From NCBI GenBank assembly GCA_002238505.1, contig MPMM01000003.1, positions 141,864 through 205,863 on the forward strand: a stretch of DNA of 64,000 bases, written 5' to 3'. Both the position numbers and the translations under genes were made by a program. The number at the start of each line of letters is the position of its first letter. Positions within the stretch are counted from its first letter, which is position 1. Below the pieces are notes generated by a model, which saw only the letters and a program-made list of their open reading frames with translations, was not told the origin of the DNA and searched no databases. This DNA is from SAR202 cluster bacterium bin22 (GTDB lineage Bacteria; Chloroflexota; Dehalococcoidia; Lucifugimonadales; UBA3495). Shown in pieces: positions 61,385 to 64,000 of this stretch.

Positions 61385-63124
61385 CTACCGGGAACCGGCC
61401 ACGTCCACCGACACCACGTCAATTCCGTGGTACTTCTGGTGCCGCACCGACGATGCGTAGTGCCTCAGCAGCCTGAATGAAATCTCCCGTACGTCGGGAA
61501 CATCCGAGGGTTCCTGCAGGTAGGTAAGCTGGTCTTCCAGGTTGTCGCCCTCGTGACCGGACACAAACTCCAGCTCCGCCCCGCCCGAGGTATGGCGTAT
61601 CTTGACCATCAACCGTCGCGGCCTGGTATCTTCCTCATCGTCCGCTTCCGAAGTGACGCTGTGCAGGGTTTCCTCTCCTACCAGCGCCAGCCGGTGCGTT
61701 GATTCCTCGTTCCACCCCGCCCTCGATGCAAACTGGTTCAGGAACTCTCGCAGCTTTGGTAAGGCCTCTTCGTTCACCCCCAACTCCAGCTTACGGCGCC
61801 GGGCTGAGGTAAGCTCCAGGAAGGCTACCATTACTACCGCCGCAATGGCGCCGGAAGTCATTCCGTTTCCCAGCAATACCCCCAGGAATCCCTGTCCCAG
61901 CATGTCGCCGAATATCCACTGGTTCTGAAACCCTGTGCCCAGCCAGAAGGCCACACCGGCAATGGTGGCCTTGCGGTGGTCCACTCCATCCTGGATGACA
62001 ATCTTCATCCCCTGAACGAACAGCAGCCCTAGCAGAACCGTAATGTACGCCGCGGCTACCGGGGTTGGTATGGCGATAATCACAGCAGCCACCTTGGGGA
62101 AGAACGCTACGGCGGCAATGAGTACCCCAATGTAGATCCCCACCCTTCGGGACCCTATCCCGGTGACTTCCGCCAGGGAAATGCTGGTGGAGTAGGTGGT
62201 GTTGGGCAGCGTACCCACAAGGCCCGACAGCAGGTTGCCGGTACCGTCCGCGTTCAACGCTCCCTGCACCACCCTAAAGTCCGTGGCTCGCCGCCGCCTC
62301 TGGGAAACCCGCTGGATGGCAACGCCATCTCCGATGGTCTCAATCGCCCCCACCAGGGTAACAATGATGAAAGCTGGCAGCAGCGCCCAGAACTTGTGGT
62401 CTGGCGTCAAATCCAGCCCGGGCCACGAACTGAAGGCCACCCCGAACCACGGGGCATCCACAATCGGCTGAAAGTCATACATCCCGAAGGGCGCGCCCAC
62501 TGCGGAACCCACAACTATGCCTATGATCGGAGACCACAGTCGAAGCTGCGCCGGACCCCGCAGCACCAGGCCGGTTACTATGAGAATGGTGAGCCCTGCA
62601 GCCAGTGGGGCCGCCGCACCGTGAGTACCCTCCGGCACATCGGTAAGCGAGTCAAACACCACCGGAAAGACCGTGGCCGCGATCAGCATGATCACGGTCC
62701 CGGTAACCACAGGCGTGAAGATTCTCCTGAGCACCGACAGGCGGTAAGCCAGCAGAAACTGGAACAGCGAGGATATTACTATCAGGCTTGCCATTGTTGC
62801 CGGCCCGGCGGTCGTCAGGGCGGCAATGCATACTGCAATGAATGCCCCCGAGGTTCCCATGAGCAGGACATGGCCCGACCCGAACCGTCCTAAGCCTGCG
62901 GCCTGCAGGATAGTTGTCAGTCCACTTACCAACAGCGCGCCAAAAGCCCCCCAGACGATCAGTTCCTGGGGTTGGTCGGCAATACGCAGCACGATAACCA
63001 CGGTCAATACTACCGGAGTGATCATCAGGATCGTGGCCTGCGCAGCAGCCCCCAGCGCGATAAGCGGCGGCGGGCTCTCGTTGGGTTCGTAACGGACGTG
63101 TTCGTTAATGTCGGTGGCGGCCAA
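61385..63124 (-). CDS. NCS2 (xanthine/uracil permease) family transporter with a C-terminal cytoplasmic domain
   Basis: GAIETIGD and NADGTGNLLSGLVGTLPNTTYS...GIGSRRV signatures. TTG start preceded by GGAGGAG. The last 138 aa or so are soluble. Confidence 0.85.
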   Translation of the reverse strand: MAATDINEHVRYEPNESPPPLIALGAAAQATILMITPVVLTVVIVLRIADQPQELIVWGAFGALLVSGLTTILQAAGLGRFGSGHVLLMGTSGAFIAVCIAALTTAGPATMASLIVISSLFQFLLAYRLSVLRRIFTPVVTGTVIMLIAATVFPVVFDSLTDVPEGTHGAAAPLAAGLTILIVTGLVLRGPAQLRLWSPIIGIVVGSAVGAPFGMYDFQPIVDAPWFGVAFSSWPGLDLTPDHKFWALLPAFIIVTLVGAIETIGDGVAIQRVSQRRRRATDFRVVQGALNADGTGNLLSGLVGTLPNTTYSTSISLAEVTGIGSRRVGIYIGVLIAAVAFFPKVAAVIIAIPTPVAAAYITVLLGLLFVQGMKIVIQDGVDHRKATIAGVAFWLGTGFQNQWIFGDMLGQGFLGVLLGNGMTSGAIAAVVMVAFLELTSARRRKLELGVNEEALPKLREFLNQFASRAGWNEESTHRLALVGEETLHSVTSEADDEEDTRPRRLMVKIRHTSGGAELEFVSGHEGDNLEDQLTYLQEPSDVPDVREISFRLLRHYASSVRHQKYHGIDVVSVDVAGSR

Positions 63125-63400
63125 TTAACAACTCCTCCAGTGGGCTCCCTAACCGGGGGTAGCCCAAGAATTGGTACATTATATCAAAGGATTGTAGCTA
63201 TTAGCGGCCACCTGGATTCGGTTTGCGCAGTTGCGAATCATATGGTTTGGCTAACCGGTCACCCAGGGGCCGACCCGGGCGCCTGCCCTGCCCTGACCAG
63301 CAAGTCAACCACAATTGAGTGGGCCTGCTTTAACCAGTTGCATCGCTTCCGGAGGAAATTATTGGTATATTTAGCTGGACTCCAACTGAAGGAGAAATAT

Positions 63401-64000
63401 ATGACACCCAAAGGATCTGAAATCAATGCTGGCCGTAACAGTTCAGCCGGCGATGTTGACTACTTTGACGCCATAGTGATCGGCGCCGGCGTTACGGGCC
63501 TCTACCAGCTTTACTGCCTGCGAAACATCGGGATGAAGGTGAGAGTGTTCGAGGATGGAGATGGCGTGGGCGGCACCTGGTACTGGAATCGGTACCCTGG
63601 CGCTCGTTTCGACTCGGAGAGCTACACCTACGGCTATTCCTTCTCCGAGGAACTGCTCCAGGAATGGGACTGGAAGGAACTTTATTCCGGTCAGCCCGAG
63701 AACGAACGCTACCTGAACTACGTTGCCGACAAGTTCGATCTGAAGCGTGACATTCGCTTCAATTCCAGGGTGGCTTCCTGCACTTTCGAGGAGGACCGCA
63801 ACACCTGGCTGGTGGAAATAGCCGATGGCCACCTGGCTCGCGCGCCCTTCCTGGTAACGGCCGTGGGCCTCCTCTCCGCCCATTACGTCCCCGACTTCGA
63901 AGGCCTTGAAGATTTCCAGGGTCAATGGTGCCATCCTGGCCGCTGGCCGAAGGAAGGAATGGACCTGGCCGGCAAGCGGGTGGGTGTCGTCGGCACCGGC
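63401..64000 (+). CDS. Baeyer-Villiger (type I flavin-containing) monooxygenase, 3'-truncated by the window edge
   Basis: This gene is not in the ORF track because it has no stop. My own translation from ATG 63401 (AAGGAG upstream) gives GAGVTG, GGTWYWNRYPGARFDSESY, the BVMO fingerprint FQGQWCHPGRWP and a second Rossmann motif, VGVVGTG. Confidence 0.85.
   Translation, partial: MTPKGSEINAGRNSSAGDVDYFDAIVIGAGVTGLYQLYCLRNIGMKVRVFEDGDGVGGTWYWNRYPGARFDSESYTYGYSFSEELLQEWDWKELYSGQPENERYLNYVADKFDLKRDIRFNSRVASCTFEEDRNTWLVEIADGHLARAPFLVTAVGLLSAHYVPDFEGLEDFQGQWCHPGRWPKEGMDLAGKRVGVVGTG

Overview
A gene-dense, moderately GC-rich 64-kb chromosomal window. I support about 60 protein-coding genes, 3 tRNAs, several intrinsic terminators and several sigma70-like promoters. 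I found no rRNA, no CRISPR array, and no transposase, integrase or phage genes.

Housekeeping blocks:
- ruvC-ruvA, yebC and rpsP-KH-rimM.
- fmt, etfBA, panC and panE.
- A complete caa3-type haem-copper oxidase locus, ctaA-ctaB-coxB-coxA-coxC-coxD.
- A tRNA-Ala/Arg/Trp operon.
- mqnA.

The rest is dominated by paralogous catabolic enzyme families:
- 5 alpha/beta hydrolases.
- 3 carboxymuconolactone-decarboxylase (CMD) family genes.
- 2 family-III CoA-transferases and 2 ACMSD-like amidohydrolases.
- 2 NHL beta-propellers.
- One each of LLM flavin oxidoreductase, FAD oxidoreductase, MmgE/PrpD, bifunctional aldolase/SDR, DUF35 protein and Baeyer-Villiger monooxygenase.

By inference only, this profile fits a marine Chloroflexota (SAR202-like) genome.

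Most interesting observations:
1. A translationally coupled two-gene cassette: a HerA/FtsK-type ATPase with a standalone HAS-barrel-like partner and no recognisable nuclease.
2. Unusual oxidase architecture: CoxA carries a His-rich, zinc-ribbon C-terminal tail, and subunit IV is fused to a cytochrome c domain.
3. A B12-binding radical-SAM homologue that lacks the CX3CX2C cluster motif.
4. A promoter-driven tiny ORF plus a long hairpin, a candidate sRNA, in a 680-bp gap upstream of rpsP.
5. A roughly 630-bp nest of GC-rich hairpin repeats, plus two dispersed short hairpin-repeat families.
6. An NCS2 permease with a C-terminal GHKL-like domain.

All functional calls come from reading motifs in the supplied translations. 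No database search was run.
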